Source of the DNA: Methanocaldococcus sp. 28A
Lineage (GTDB): Archaea > AGJL01 > Methanococci > Methanococcales > Methanocaldococcaceae
Direction: 5' to 3' (one strand)
Assembly: GCA_049852185.1 (NCBI GenBank)
Contig: CP187540.1
Length of the DNA: 64,000 nucleotides
Shown: one piece after another, positions 44,022 to 54,483 of the stretch
How the letters are laid out: every line of letters starts with the position of its first letter
Position numbering within the stretch: position 1 is the stretch's first letter
The notes under the pieces: generated by a model
Database searches by the model: none
Told to the model about the DNA's origin: nothing
What the model saw: the letters and a program-made list of their open reading frames with translations, nothing else
Made by a program: the position numbers and the translations under genes

Positions 44022-44528
44022 CTATGGTTTAATAATTCTCTTTAAATTAATTGAAAGCAGAGAGCTAATTTTATTTAATTGCTCTTCAGAGATTTCTATT
44101 TTTTTCTGAAGTAGTTTAGATATATCAATTACAATATAATCTTCACCAACATCTCTTGGATGTATTGGAGATACTTCATTAAATACTGAAAATACTGGAC
44201 AAAAATCATGGCAATATAAGCAATAAATGCATCTTTCATAATTAATTTTTGGTATTTTATCTTTAACATAGTTTTCAGTTATTTTAACTGGCTCAGTAGG
44301 AATCATCTCAATTGCATTAGTTGGGCAAACATTAGCACATCCCTCACAACCTATACAGAGCTCTTCAATAACTGTTTTTGGAATCTTAATAGTTCCAGTT
44401 AATATTGCTTTTCTCATCTCTAAGCTTGTATATCTATCACTACCAAAGATAATTCTTTCGAGGTTTTTATATATACCAGTCAAAAATATTTTGGCAAAAT
44501 TTTTTAGTTCATCCAACTCAATCACCAA
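44022..44528 (-). CDS. ehbL: Energy-converting hydrogenase B subunit L (2x[4Fe-4S], NuoI-like)
   Basis: CIGCEGCANVCP, CIYCLYCHDFCP; position in operon. Confidence 0.8.
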   Translation of the reverse strand: MVIELDELKNFAKIFLTGIYKNLERIIFGSDRYTSLEMRKAILTGTIKIPKTVIEELCIGCEGCANVCPTNAIEMIPTEPVKITENYVKDKIPKINYERCIYCLYCHDFCPVFSVFNEVSPIHPRDVGEDYIVIDISKLLQKKIEISEEQLNKISSLLSINLKRIIKP

Positions 44529-44560
44529 AATATATTATTAAATATATTTTATTAAATATA

Positions 44561-45967
44561 TTATTCTTTAACTTTAACTTTCCATTTTCTATGCAAATAG
44601 ATAGCTTTAGTTGGGCAAATATTGTAGCAAGCTCCACAAAATTCACATTTATCAGCATCAATAACTCCATACTCAATACAGTTATTTGGACAAACTTTAT
44701 TGCAGAGACCACATTTTATGCAGAAGTCCATATCAGTTCTAATAAATGAGTTCTCTCTATCAACAACTTTTTTATAGGATGTTGTGTTTGGAATAACATC
44801 TCTTGGGCAATGAATAGCACATGTTTCACATGCTATGCAATTATCAGTGAATAAAATCTCCTTATTACTTCTATTTATAACTATAGCGTCCCTTGGACAT
44901 ACATTTGAACATGTTCCACAAAGTATGCAGTTTTCATCCTTAATTTTTTCCAATTTAACAGTTATTATCTCTATAGCATTTTCTGGACAGTTATTTATGC
45001 AAATTTCACATAAAGAACATCCTCCAACAACTCTATTATCTTTAACCCTTCTAACGTCATTCGGACAGATTTCTACACATTTTAAACATTTCCAACAAAC
45101 GTCTGGACTATAATACAAATGCCCATCCTCAAACCTTAAAGCTCCACTTGGGCAATATAATGAGCATAATCCGCAATTTATACAGTAACTTGTTGGTTGT
45201 TTTTCTTTATTTTCTTTAATTTTAATAACTTTAAAATTTTCAACTTTTAAAGCATCATTTGGACAAACTTTTATACATTTTAAACAGAGAATGCATTTGC
45301 TATAATCAACCTCCCCATCTTTAATGGCATCTTTTGGACAAACCTCTCCACATAAATTACAGGATGTGCATGCATCTATAGAATCTTGGATTATTGTTTC
45401 TCTTGGGCATAAATAAGAGCATCTTAAGCATCCAACACATTTATTTCTATCAATTTTAATTGATTTTCTTTCAACTTTTTTAACAATGTTTTTTGGAGTT
45501 CCATAAGCATCTACTAACTTAATTTTCATAAGGTTCTCTAAAATTTTTAAATATTTCTCTGCCAATCCTTCTCTTTTGGTAAATATTAATTCATAAGAAC
45601 TAACCCTTGCATTATATGGGCAGACCTCAACACATACTCCACACATTGAACAAATTCCCATAGGGTATTTTTTTCCTTCTTTCTCCACTATCTTTATAAT
45701 TCCTATTGGGCAGGCATTAGCACAAATACCACAACCATTACATCTTCTCCTATCTACATAATAGCCTCCAAACTTGTTTCTTTTAATTGCTTTATTTGGA
45801 CAGGCTCTTGCACATTCTCCACATGTTAAACATGTAAAGCTTTTATTATTTAATAAAAATATTGCATCTGTTGGGCAGGCTTCCATGCATTTTGCAGTTT
45901 TATGATAAAATGGACAAGATTCACATTTTTCTTCTGCTCTACATTTATCTAACAAGGTTATAATCAT
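44561..45967 (-). CDS. ehbK: Energy-converting hydrogenase B polyferredoxin subunit K
   Basis: More than 10 CxxCxxCxxxCP motifs; start after GGTGA at 45967. Confidence 0.82.
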   Translation of the reverse strand: MIITLLDKCRAEEKCESCPFYHKTAKCMEACPTDAIFLLNNKSFTCLTCGECARACPNKAIKRNKFGGYYVDRRRCNGCGICANACPIGIIKIVEKEGKKYPMGICSMCGVCVEVCPYNARVSSYELIFTKREGLAEKYLKILENLMKIKLVDAYGTPKNIVKKVERKSIKIDRNKCVGCLRCSYLCPRETIIQDSIDACTSCNLCGEVCPKDAIKDGEVDYSKCILCLKCIKVCPNDALKVENFKVIKIKENKEKQPTSYCINCGLCSLYCPSGALRFEDGHLYYSPDVCWKCLKCVEICPNDVRRVKDNRVVGGCSLCEICINNCPENAIEIITVKLEKIKDENCILCGTCSNVCPRDAIVINRSNKEILFTDNCIACETCAIHCPRDVIPNTTSYKKVVDRENSFIRTDMDFCIKCGLCNKVCPNNCIEYGVIDADKCEFCGACYNICPTKAIYLHRKWKVKVKE

Positions 45968-46001
45968 AATATCACCAATAAGGATAAAATTAATGTACTT
46001 T

Positions 46002-46259
46002 TTATTTCCTTCCAAATAATCTATTTCCTACAATAATGCCAATTACTGCAGATATATAAGAAAATGAAATAAATAGGGTATCATAATAGGGAAATGCTTT
46101 TAAGAAATAAGCAATAATTACAGCTAAAATTAAATATCCAAAAATATTCCTTATTTTGTATCTGTATTTAGCTCCTATCAATACTCCCAATAAAAATGCA
46201 AGAATTGATGGATAATATAAATAGTTTGATACTATTGTTTCTAACATCCTATCCACCAA
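46002..46259 (-). CDS. ehbJ: Energy-converting hydrogenase B membrane subunit J
   Basis: Small 3-TM protein, FPYYD motif; operon order. Confidence 0.65.
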   Translation of the reverse strand: MVDRMLETIVSNYLYYPSILAFLLGVLIGAKYRYKIRNIFGYLILAVIIAYFLKAFPYYDTLFISFSYISAVIGIIVGNRLFGRK

Positions 46260-46264
46260 TTTTA

Positions 46265-47053
46265 TTATTTTAGTTTTTCCTCTGACTTGCTAATTTTTTC
46301 AATAATAACCTTTTCACAAGATAATAGGAAAGCAGCTGTAGATAATCCAGCTAGGACCTTTAATCCAACAATTATATTTAAATATGGGATTATTCCAGCT
46401 GTTATAATTTCTTTTGGTGCTGGAAATACGATAAAAGAATTAATTTCTGTGAAGTTGAACAAATAATAACCTCCAATAAACATTCCAGCAACCCCAAACA
46501 ACAGATAACCTAAAGCCCCCAAAACCTCCAATTTTTCTAAAAACTTGTGTTCAAACCACAATGGACTGTTTGAACCAAAGGCAATGATTGATAAGATAAA
46601 TGCAGCTGCTATCAAAGCCCCTCCTTGAAACCCTCCTCCAGGTGTTATGTGACCTCCTAATATAGTTATAACTCCCAAAGCAGCCATTAAAACACTCATA
46701 GGAAATGCCAAAAATTTAATTATTGGAGTAAATTCTCCCCATCTTTGAAGAGTTATATAATCATCTGACTCTGAAGCTTGAAATACCTCTTTTAAATAGG
46801 TATTGTCATACAATGATTTCCCAAACACAATCCAAGAAACCATAACAGCCACTACTAAAACCAAACACTCTCCTAAGGTATCGTAAGCCCTCCAATCAAA
46901 TATTACCGCACATACATAGTTTGGAATAATGTAATGTGTAAGATAGACAATATTAACTCCCGGATTTACTTGCATGTTTGCTAAGCTATACAATATAGAT
47001 GCCCCAAATATAAAGAAAGATAAAGCAACAACTAAATCTCTTTTAGAGCTCAT
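46265..47053 (-). CDS. Ehb membrane subunit H/I (MnhB domain)
   Basis: FDWRAYDTLGE, GGHITPGGGFQGG. Confidence 0.85.
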   Translation of the reverse strand: MSSKRDLVVALSFFIFGASILYSLANMQVNPGVNIVYLTHYIIPNYVCAVIFDWRAYDTLGECLVLVVAVMVSWIVFGKSLYDNTYLKEVFQASESDDYITLQRWGEFTPIIKFLAFPMSVLMAALGVITILGGHITPGGGFQGGALIAAAFILSIIAFGSNSPLWFEHKFLEKLEVLGALGYLLFGVAGMFIGGYYLFNFTEINSFIVFPAPKEIITAGIIPYLNIIVGLKVLAGLSTAAFLLSCEKVIIEKISKSEEKLK

Positions 47054-47084
47054 TATATCACCTTATATAGGATAAAATTAGATT

Positions 47085-47408
47085 TTATGTAATATTTGTC
47101 ATATAAATGCTGAATGCTATTGCCCCTAAAAATATAGAGAGCCAAAATAATTGATAATTTATGGCATTTGAATTTTCTTCCTTAAACTTAAAGATTAAAG
47201 GCGATATTGCTAAAGAAAAAGCTAAAGTTGCTAACCCAAACAATGTCATTAAAGTTTTCCCATAAACCCTACCAATAATTAAAGCTCCAAATATAAACAA
47301 TAAATATAAAGTGAATTCTCCAGTAAATACTGCTCCAACAGTAATGCCATCTCCATGCTCCTCTTTATCCAACTTCTTTTGAAAGTCATTATAATCCATA
47401 AAATTCAC
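47085..47408 (-). CDS. Ehb membrane subunit G (probable)
   Basis: 3 TM helices; lies between EhbF and the MnhB-like subunit. Confidence 0.6.
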   Translation of the reverse strand: MNFMDYNDFQKKLDKEEHGDGITVGAVFTGEFTLYLLFIFGALIIGRVYGKTLMTLFGLATLAFSLAISPLIFKFKEENSNAINYQLFWLSIFLGAIAFSIYMTNIT

Positions 47409-47414
47409 CTAAAA

Positions 47415-48860
47415 TTATTTTAAAGAATAACTAACCCCCAACTCTTTTGCATAGTCCCATAAGTAGTTTAATACAATATCTGGATAAATTCCAATTATTA
47501 TACACAAAGCAGTTAATACAAATAAGCTAAAGACAGCAAGTTTAGGAACTCCATTATTTTGATATTCTTTTAAAGTTTCTTCATCAACTGGCTTTAAATA
47601 AATTAGATAAAATGCCTTCATCATAGAGACAAATGTTCCAATACTAACAATAATCATTATTATGGCTATTTCTGGCATATTGGCTTGCATAGCCGCTTGA
47701 GCTAACATCCACTTACTTTGAAAACCATTAAATGGTGGAATTCCACTTATTGCAAGCTTAGCACATAAAACCATAAACGCTACAGAAGGCATTAAGGGTA
47801 ATAATCCTCCCAACTTATGCAAATTACTTCCCTTTTTACAACTTACAATATATGCTCCCAAAAACAGGGCAGATTTATAAATAACATGATTTATTGCATG
47901 GAAGATACCTGCAACAATTCCTAATGGAGTTCCTAAAGCTAAACCTGTTGCAACATAGCCACCTTGACTTATAGCGTGATATGCTAACAGCTTTTTATAA
48001 TCGCTCTGCAATAATGCCATTACAACCCCAAAAACCATTGCCAAAACTCCCAAAGCAATTAAAACACCATGAGCAGATGAAAAATAATCCAATCCATTGA
48101 ATAATTTTAGAATAATTAGCATTAAGCCAACTAACACAAATTTTGAGTATGTTTGCAACATTGCAGAAATAAAACCTTTAGACCTTGCATATAAATCAGC
48201 TTTAACGTTATGGAAAGGAGGAAGACCTGCTCCATAAGCTAAACCTACAATTAAGAGCAGCAATCCCCCATAAATCATTGGATTATCAACTAACAGATAG
48301 TTTCTCATGTCTGTAATGTTTAAAGTTCCAGTTGATGCCAATAAGAAAGCTATTCCTAATAGCATTAAGGCTGCTGCAACATTACCCATTATCATATATC
48401 TTAATCCAGCTTTATAAGCTTCTTCAGTTCCTGATAGAAATACTAATCCAGCTTGAACAATTGAAACTATCTCAAAGAACACATACAAGTTAAAAATATC
48501 ATCTGCCAAAACTATAGCTGCAATACTCGCAAATCCCATTAATGAGAGAGTAACAAACATATTATTTTTTAATTTCTCTCCCATTCCTGTAATTAAAACA
48601 AGAGAGGCTATTAAGGACAGGGTTACAATAACTGCCTGCTTTGCTGGATTGTATAAATATGCTATTCCAGAAACCCATCCATCAACAACTCCATGCCCAC
48701 CAAAGTAATAATAACCATATTGACTAATAAATGGCAAAACAATCAAAATAGCAGCTGTAATAAATGTTATATATTTAACTGCTTTCTCTTTTCCATGTAA
48801 TAAATTCATGATTATTGCCATGATTAACGGATATACAATTATCATTGGTAAGTAGTTCAT
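47415..48860 (-). CDS. ehbF: Ehb antiporter-like subunit F (NuoL/M/N family)
   Basis: DIFNLYVFFEI, KKLLAYHAISQ, NHVIYKSALFL, GIPPFNGFQSKW. Confidence 0.85.
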   Translation of the reverse strand: MNYLPMIIVYPLIMAIIMNLLHGKEKAVKYITFITAAILIVLPFISQYGYYYFGGHGVVDGWVSGIAYLYNPAKQAVIVTLSLIASLVLITGMGEKLKNNMFVTLSLMGFASIAAIVLADDIFNLYVFFEIVSIVQAGLVFLSGTEEAYKAGLRYMIMGNVAAALMLLGIAFLLASTGTLNITDMRNYLLVDNPMIYGGLLLLIVGLAYGAGLPPFHNVKADLYARSKGFISAMLQTYSKFVLVGLMLIILKLFNGLDYFSSAHGVLIALGVLAMVFGVVMALLQSDYKKLLAYHAISQGGYVATGLALGTPLGIVAGIFHAINHVIYKSALFLGAYIVSCKKGSNLHKLGGLLPLMPSVAFMVLCAKLAISGIPPFNGFQSKWMLAQAAMQANMPEIAIIMIIVSIGTFVSMMKAFYLIYLKPVDEETLKEYQNNGVPKLAVFSLFVLTALCIIIGIYPDIVLNYLWDYAKELGVSYSLK

Positions 48861-48926
48861 TGTCCCCCTCCAATATTTTAGAGAGCGTTAAATCTATAAG
48901 GCCGTGGAAGTGTTATTATATATTGT

Positions 48927-49295
48927 TTAATCCTCTTTTAGTATTACAGAGCTTTTGAGTGTTTTATATTTTTTATATAAAATTATAGAGACTCCAAGCA
49001 TTATAGCAAGCATTGAAGCCTCTATGACTATATTTGTCAAAACCAAAGCATGTGTTAGTGGATAAGCTGATTCCTTAGCAAAAACCTCTACAGGAACGCC
49101 AGGAAGTTTTATTGGGATTGTTCCACCATTATATCCAATTGTAATGAGGGCTAAATTAACTCCACTACCTAAAATCTCTAGAGCAATGATTTTTTTCAAG
49201 ACATTATCTACAAAAAACACACCATACAGTCCAATAATAACTAAAAGCCCAGAAGTGATGAATGATGCTGTTTGAAAATCCATCCTACCCACCAA
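48927..49295 (-). CDS. ehbE: Ehb subunit E (MnhC/NuoK-like)
   Basis: KKIIAL, GVNLALI, PLTHALVLTNIVI. Confidence 0.8.
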   Translation of the reverse strand: MVGRMDFQTASFITSGLLVIIGLYGVFFVDNVLKKIIALEILGSGVNLALITIGYNGGTIPIKLPGVPVEVFAKESAYPLTHALVLTNIVIEASMLAIMLGVSIILYKKYKTLKSSVILKED

Positions 49296-49354
49296 AAATT
49301 TATCATTATTATTAATGACAGATTAGGTTTAACAGTATATAAATATTACGTTGA

Positions 49355-49795
49355 GAAAAGATAGAATAGGAGCCAATTATATAAGGCGAAGAAAGATTTT
49401 AGTATTATTCTTTTTCTACTTAAAAAAGGAACTTTTGGTATAATTTTTAAACTGAATCAAACTCTTTTAAATTTTAGTTTTAATTCCTATAATTCCTATT
49501 TACTCCCATTAACCAAAATTTTTAGTTTATTTGAGCAAAATTTTCATATACTTTTTACGAATAAGATTGTGTCGAGACAACATCTTTTTAGAGTCGATTC
49601 CTAAACATTCTTTAGATACCTCATCGATAACAGACAACATAAATATTTACACAATCTTTTCCACAGTATGGACAATTATACATAAAATCTCCTCAATTTC
49701 CAATTTATTTCTTTTAACCTTCTTTTTAATCCTTTCCTTTAACATTTCTAATAAGATTCATATTTTTCTATTTTTTTATACATCAATTTCCTCAA
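49355..49795 (-). mobile_element. Degenerate IS6 remnant
   Basis: Matches IS6 at 52653-53347 (ttgagcaaaatttt..atactttttacgaataaga..cctaaacattctttaga..taatcctttcctttaacatt). Confidence 0.75.
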
Positions 49796-49867
49796 AAAAA
49801 TGATAAAATATTTATAGAATAAAAAAATCTTTATTATGTAAAACTTATAATGTTGAAGGTAGAGAAC

Positions 49868-50899
49868 ATGAAAGTATCTGTTTATGGAGCGGGAAATCAA
49901 AATTTATATATAAACCAATTAAATCTACCAGAAAAATTTGGTGGAGAACCACCTTATGGTGGAGCAAGAATGGCTATAGAATTTGCTAAAGCTGGACATG
50001 ATGTTATCCTATCAGAACCTAATAAAAATATAATGAGTGAAGAATTATGGAAGAAAGTTGAAGAAGCTGGAGTTAAAGTTGTTAGTGATGATATAGAAGC
50101 AGCAAAACATGGAGAAGTTCATATCTTATTTACACCATTTGGAAAAATAACATTTAACATAGTAAAAACTATTATTGAATATGTCCCTGAAAATGCTGTT
50201 ATTTGTAATACGTGTACAGTTTCACCTATTGTTCTGTACTATTCTTTAGAATCAATTTTAAGAACAGAAAGAAAAGATGTAGGAATTAGCTCAATGCATC
50301 CAGCATCTGTTCCTGGGACTCCTCAACATAGACATTATGTTATTAGTGGGAAAACAACCGAGGGTAAAGAATTAGCAAGCGAAAGTCAAATAAACAAATT
50401 GGTAGAGCTTGCCAAAAGTGCAGGAAAAGAAGCCTATGTAGTTCCTGCTGACGTATCTTCAGTAGTTTCGGATATGGGTTCTTTGGTAACAGCAGTAGCG
50501 TTATCTGGAGTTTTAGATTACTATACTATAGGTCGTGAAATTATAAAAGCTCCTAAAAAGATGATAGAACATCAAGTTATTATGACATTACAAACAATGG
50601 CATCGCTTGTAGAAACTTCAGGTATTGAAGGCTTGATAAAAGCGTTAAATCCAGACTTGTTAATAAAAAGTGCTTCATCAATGAAGTTGTCAGATATGCA
50701 GAGAGATTTAGACGCTGCTTTAGAAATTCTTAAAAACTTAGATGAAAATTTGAAAAAAGAAGTAGAAAATGCAGAGATAAAACCTACAACGCTTGTAGCA
50801 GCTCAGTCATTAGTTAAAGAGATAAAAGCCTTACTAGGTGGAGCTGCTGCTGAAGGAGCAATAAAAAGAAGTGCAAAAAAACTATTCGAGTGTTGCTGA
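49868..50899 (+). CDS. H2-forming methylene-H4MPT dehydrogenase-related protein (HmdII/HmdIII paralog)
   Basis: MKVSVYGAGNQNLY, PPYGG, LFTPFG, CNTCT, SSMHPASVPGTP. Confidence 0.88.
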   Translation: MKVSVYGAGNQNLYINQLNLPEKFGGEPPYGGARMAIEFAKAGHDVILSEPNKNIMSEELWKKVEEAGVKVVSDDIEAAKHGEVHILFTPFGKITFNIVKTIIEYVPENAVICNTCTVSPIVLYYSLESILRTERKDVGISSMHPASVPGTPQHRHYVISGKTTEGKELASESQINKLVELAKSAGKEAYVVPADVSSVVSDMGSLVTAVALSGVLDYYTIGREIIKAPKKMIEHQVIMTLQTMASLVETSGIEGLIKALNPDLLIKSASSMKLSDMQRDLDAALEILKNLDENLKKEVENAEIKPTTLVAAQSLVKEIKALLGGAAAEGAIKRSAKKLFECC

Positions 50900-50951
50900 A
50901 AGAGCAATAAAAAGATAAATAATATTATTTATATACTATTAGGGGAAATTT

Positions 50952-51434
50952 ATGAAAAAATGTGGGGAAATAAAAGTTGTAGTAATTGGTTCGAGTGATG
51001 TTGGAAAAACCACATTAATGGAAAATTTAATTGGTAGAATTGGAAAAGTTGAACATAATGGTATTACAACAGCCATTGATTATGGATCATTAACAATAAA
51101 TGATAAAAAAATTCACTTCTTTGGGACTCCAGGTCAAAAAAGGTTTGAATTTATGAGAGAATTGGCATTAAAAGGTACAAATTTAGCTTTAGTAGTTTTA
51201 GATGCATCAAGAGGAATAACTAAAGAAGACGAAGAAATAATAAAACTATTAGAATCTAAACAAATTCCATACGGAGTTTTTATAAATAAAACAGATATTG
51301 GGGAAATTAATATAAATGACGTTTATAATTTATGTAATCCAAAATTCGTTGTTAAAGGTAGTGCAATAAAAAAAGAAGGGATTAATGAGCTTTTTAATGA
51401 GATATTATATCATACATTCAGTGAAAATATTTAA
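50952..51434 (+). CDS. Small GTPase (MglA/Arf-like)
   Basis: GSSDVGKT, TTAIDYG, GTPGQKRF, NKTD, SAI. Confidence 0.9.
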   Translation: MKKCGEIKVVVIGSSDVGKTTLMENLIGRIGKVEHNGITTAIDYGSLTINDKKIHFFGTPGQKRFEFMRELALKGTNLALVVLDASRGITKEDEEIIKLLESKQIPYGVFINKTDIGEININDVYNLCNPKFVVKGSAIKKEGINELFNEILYHTFSENI

Positions 51435-51512
51435 AAATAAAAAAATTTTATATATAAAAAAATACATAAGTCATATAGTTAAGATTGTTAAGATATTTGA
51501 TAAGGTGAGAAT

Positions 51513-51857
51513 ATGATAGATAGAGTATTAATAGAGCTAAATAAAACAGAAGGGATTAAAGGTTCAATGGTTGTAGGGAAAGATGGATTAGTTATAGCTA
51601 CTCAATTGCCAGGAAATATTGATGCCGAGTTAGTAGGGGCTATGGCATCAGCAGCATTTGGGGCAGCTGAGAGAACAGCTGCAGAAATTGGTATGGGTAG
51701 TTTAGTGCAAACAATGGTTGAAGGAGAGCATGGTAAAACTTTAATGGTCGATGCTGGTGAGGGAATCTTAGTTGTTTTAACTGATGCAAAAGTTAACTTA
51801 GGTCTAATTAGAATTACTATGAAAAGAGCTGCAGAAAAAATAAAAGCTATGATTTAA
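51513..51857 (+). CDS. Roadblock/LC7 (MglB-like) protein
   Basis: [22 protein letters not shown]. Confidence 0.92.
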   Translation: MIDRVLIELNKTEGIKGSMVVGKDGLVIATQLPGNIDAELVGAMASAAFGAAERTAAEIGMGSLVQTMVEGEHGKTLMVDAGEGILVVLTDAKVNLGLIRITMKRAAEKIKAMI

Positions 51858-51922
51858 ACTAATTAAATTTTAGAAGTATTATTATGGTGGATTAGCCTGA
51901 AAATGTGATTTTAGAGAGGTGA

Positions 51923-52393
51923 ATGAAATTGCACGATTATCTTAAGAGTAATATGGAAGTTAAAATGTTCGAAATAGATGACATTATTAAAACTAAAAGG
52001 ACGCACTTGGGAGACGATGTTTCAGTATGGCTATTCAGAGTTTTAAGGCTCATCGCTTTAGATGAAATAATTAGTATGGGCAGTTGTGGCATCGTCTATC
52101 ACGCTGGTAAAAAGATAGGCAAAACTCTAAAACTTGAAACGCTCGATGATTTCTTGGACTGGATTGAAAAGCATAAAATTGGAATTCCAGAGGTCAATGG
52201 CAATGTCGTGAAAATTTACGAATGCGTTACATGTTCTGGTATTCCTAAAATTGGTAAACCCGTCTGCCACTTCGAAGGAGGGCTTATAGCAGGATTTTTG
52301 GAAAAGTTATGGAATAAAAAGGTTTTAGCTAAAGAGGTTAAGTGTTGGGGATTAGGTGATGAGGTGTGTGAGTTCAAGATAATAGAGATATAA
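51923..52393 (+). CDS. V4R-domain protein
   Basis: ECVTC, PVCHFEGGLIAG, EVKCWGLGDEVCEF. Confidence 0.9.
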   Translation: MKLHDYLKSNMEVKMFEIDDIIKTKRTHLGDDVSVWLFRVLRLIALDEIISMGSCGIVYHAGKKIGKTLKLETLDDFLDWIEKHKIGIPEVNGNVVKIYECVTCSGIPKIGKPVCHFEGGLIAGFLEKLWNKKVLAKEVKCWGLGDEVCEFKIIEI

Positions 52394-52423
52394 TAACAAA
52401 GCTGCAGAGAAAAATACATATTG

Positions 52424-52645
52424 ATGAATATGGAGCGACATTATACATTAAAAGAGGCGGCAGAAATTTTAGGAGTTTTAGTTAGAACATTACATTAAAA
52501 GAGGGGTTAAATTAATTAAGAAATTGAAAGGTGGGGCTGGGGTCCCCGTATCTGGGGCGGAGGTTGATGATATGCTTCCTGATGAACTCATAGGGAAGCT
52601 GAAACTGATGACGCCGTTTGAAACTGTTTAATTTTTCATAGACTA
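52424..52645 (+). mobile_element. Internally deleted IS607 element: tnpA N-terminus joined to tnpB C-terminal tail
   Basis: 52430-52498 MERHYTLKEAAEILGVLVRTLH (MerR-like HTH of IS607 TnpA); 52494-52631 IKRGVKLIKKLKGGAGVPVSGAEVDDMLPDELIGKLKLMTPFETV, GC-rich tail. Confidence 0.7.
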
Positions 52646-52652
52646 ATTGAGG

Positions 52653-53347
52653 GAGGTTGTCAAGATACGATAAGAAATAAATTATATAGGGAGGAGAAAG
52701 ATTTGAGCCAGCTAATGGCGGTTGAGAATTTAGAATTATTAGGGAATAGGTTATAGAAAGATTTGGTTCTACGTTTGAGTAGGGAGAAGAAACTTTCGAC
52801 ACAATTTCTTAAACCGAATCGAACTCTTTCGAATTTTAGTCCTAATCTCTGTAGAGTCCACGGATACCATTTACCACCATCAACCAAAATTTTTGGTTTA
52901 TTCGAGCAAAATTTTAATATACTTTTTACGAATAAGATAGTATCGAGATAGCATCTTGTTTTAGAGATGTAGATACCTAAACATTCTTTAGATTCCACAT
53001 CGATGGCAGACCATACATAAATAGTTTCATTTCCAAGCTTTAGTTTAGTTTCATCGATTACAATTAGGTTTCTTGTCTTTCTTTCAGGTTCGTTTAAAAT
53101 ATCTTTAATCTTGTGGTAATATTGTCTAACCGATTCGTGGCTTATACTCTCGAATTGAGAAAGAAACAAACTTACCTTTCTTAACGATAATCCTAAATAA
53201 TACAAAATTCCTGCCAAAATTTTAATCTCTATCGACTTTTTATTCCTTTTAATTACCTTCTTAATCCTTTCCTTTAACATTCCTATCGTAAGTTCCATAT
53301 TTTCCTTTATTCGTATATATCTATTTAATCCTTATCTTGACATTCTC
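52653..53347 (-). mobile_element. IS6-family insertion sequence
   Basis: TIRs GAGGTTGTCAAGATA / TATCTTGACATTCTC; close paralog of the 32212 element. Confidence 0.9.
52660..53298 (-). CDS. IS6-family DDE transposase
   Basis: [24 protein letters not shown]; 212 aa. Confidence 0.92.
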   Translation of the reverse strand: MELTIGMLKERIKKVIKRNKKSIEIKILAGILYYLGLSLRKVSLFLSQFESISHESVRQYYHKIKDILNEPERKTRNLIVIDETKLKLGNETIYVWSAIDVESKECLGIYISKTRCYLDTILFVKSILKFCSNKPKILVDGGKWYPWTLQRLGLKFERVRFGLRNCVESFFSLLKRRTKSFYNLFPNNSKFSTAISWLKSFSSLYNLFLIVS

Positions 53348-53359
53348 CTCAATTAAATC

Positions 53360-54380
53360 GAGGTTGTCGAAAAATATTAAACTAATTGATAGTAGATAAT
53401 ACGAAATATGAAGCGGGAAGAAAATAAGAAAACAAGAGAGAAAAAGAAAAGTTTCAAGAAGCGGAAGGATTATTGGAAAGCTTACGACCTTAGATATAAG
53501 AAATACGACATAGTGGAGACATATACATTTATTTTACGTATTATAAATAAGTTAAATCGCCCCTCGATAGAAAGACGAAGGGTAGGTCGAGCTCTAGCTA
53601 TATCCCATAATGAATATATGGCTGTTCAAATATTAAAACATATCTACACACTTAGTTTGAGAGACTTAGAGACCATATCGAATATCCTACCAGTAAAGCA
53701 TTCAAACGAATAGATTATACCTCTTTGTCAGCCTTACTTACCTTTACGTATGTAATTATAGACAATTTACTGAAACAGCCCACCAATAAAATATATATCG
53801 CTGACTCCACGGGTGTTTCCATAAATAGATTATATAGTGAATGTATTTATCGAGGAAAACGGACTAAACGACGAGTGTTTGGTAAATTGCATATTTTAGC
53901 ATGCTATTATCCTAACTATGGCTATATTCCAGTAGTTGCTGCCCGTTGGGGCACTAATTATAGTTCCGATAGTGCAAACTTATTAGAAATGCTTAAACAA
54001 ATCGATTTTTTAGATATTGAATATCTATTGGCTGATAGTGGATACGATTGCTGTGAACTGTTCGAATACTCACTAAATCACAACATCTCCCCCATAGTTA
54101 AAACTAAAGAGTTTAAATGGGATTATAAAACCAATAAGGTTAGAAAACGAATCAAAGGTATGTTTAATCAAAATTTATATAGATACCGTGGAGTCGTGGA
54201 ATCCATTTTTGGTGGGCTGGAAACTAAAAACCGTCTAAAATTAAACGATAGATTGCTAAATATTAGACGAAACAGCACTATCGCTGCTGCAATAGTACAT
54301 AATATATTAATATTAATGAGATTATCAGTATTAATACATAATACTTCATGCTCTTCCTAATTCAATTTTTCGACAACCTC
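53360..54380 (+). mobile_element. IS5-like DDE insertion sequence with split transposase
   Basis: Perfect 15-bp TIRs GAGGTTGTCGAAAAA / TTTTTCGACAACCTC. Confidence 0.85.
53408..54360 (+). pseudogene. Transposase split into two frames (53408-53713 and 53725-54360)
   Basis: SLRDLE HTH in part 1; IADSTG, ADSGYD, YRYRGVVESIFG DDE motifs in part 2. Confidence 0.8.
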
Positions 54381-54483
54381 ATAAAGTGCGAAAAACCTAT
54401 ATACTGTTATTAAGAATATTAACTATTGTTATAATTAAATCCTAATTTAATTTAAATTTTCAAATTGAAAAATCTTTTGGGGG

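Noticed and set aside
49531-49803. 90-aa plus-strand ORF
   Set aside because: Antisense to a degenerate IS6 remnant
50885-51000. Hmd paralog ends Cys-Cys-TGA with an open frame beyond, suggesting possible selenocysteine readthrough
   Set aside because: No GC-rich SECIS-like hairpin downstream, and the extension would overlap the GTPase gene with a nonsense-like sequence
52575-52612. CTGATGA...GAAAC hammerhead-like core (a similar CTGATGA also lies on the minus strand at about 62925)
   Set aside because: Stem II and stems I/III cannot be formed convincingly; the 62.9k motif lacks GAAA
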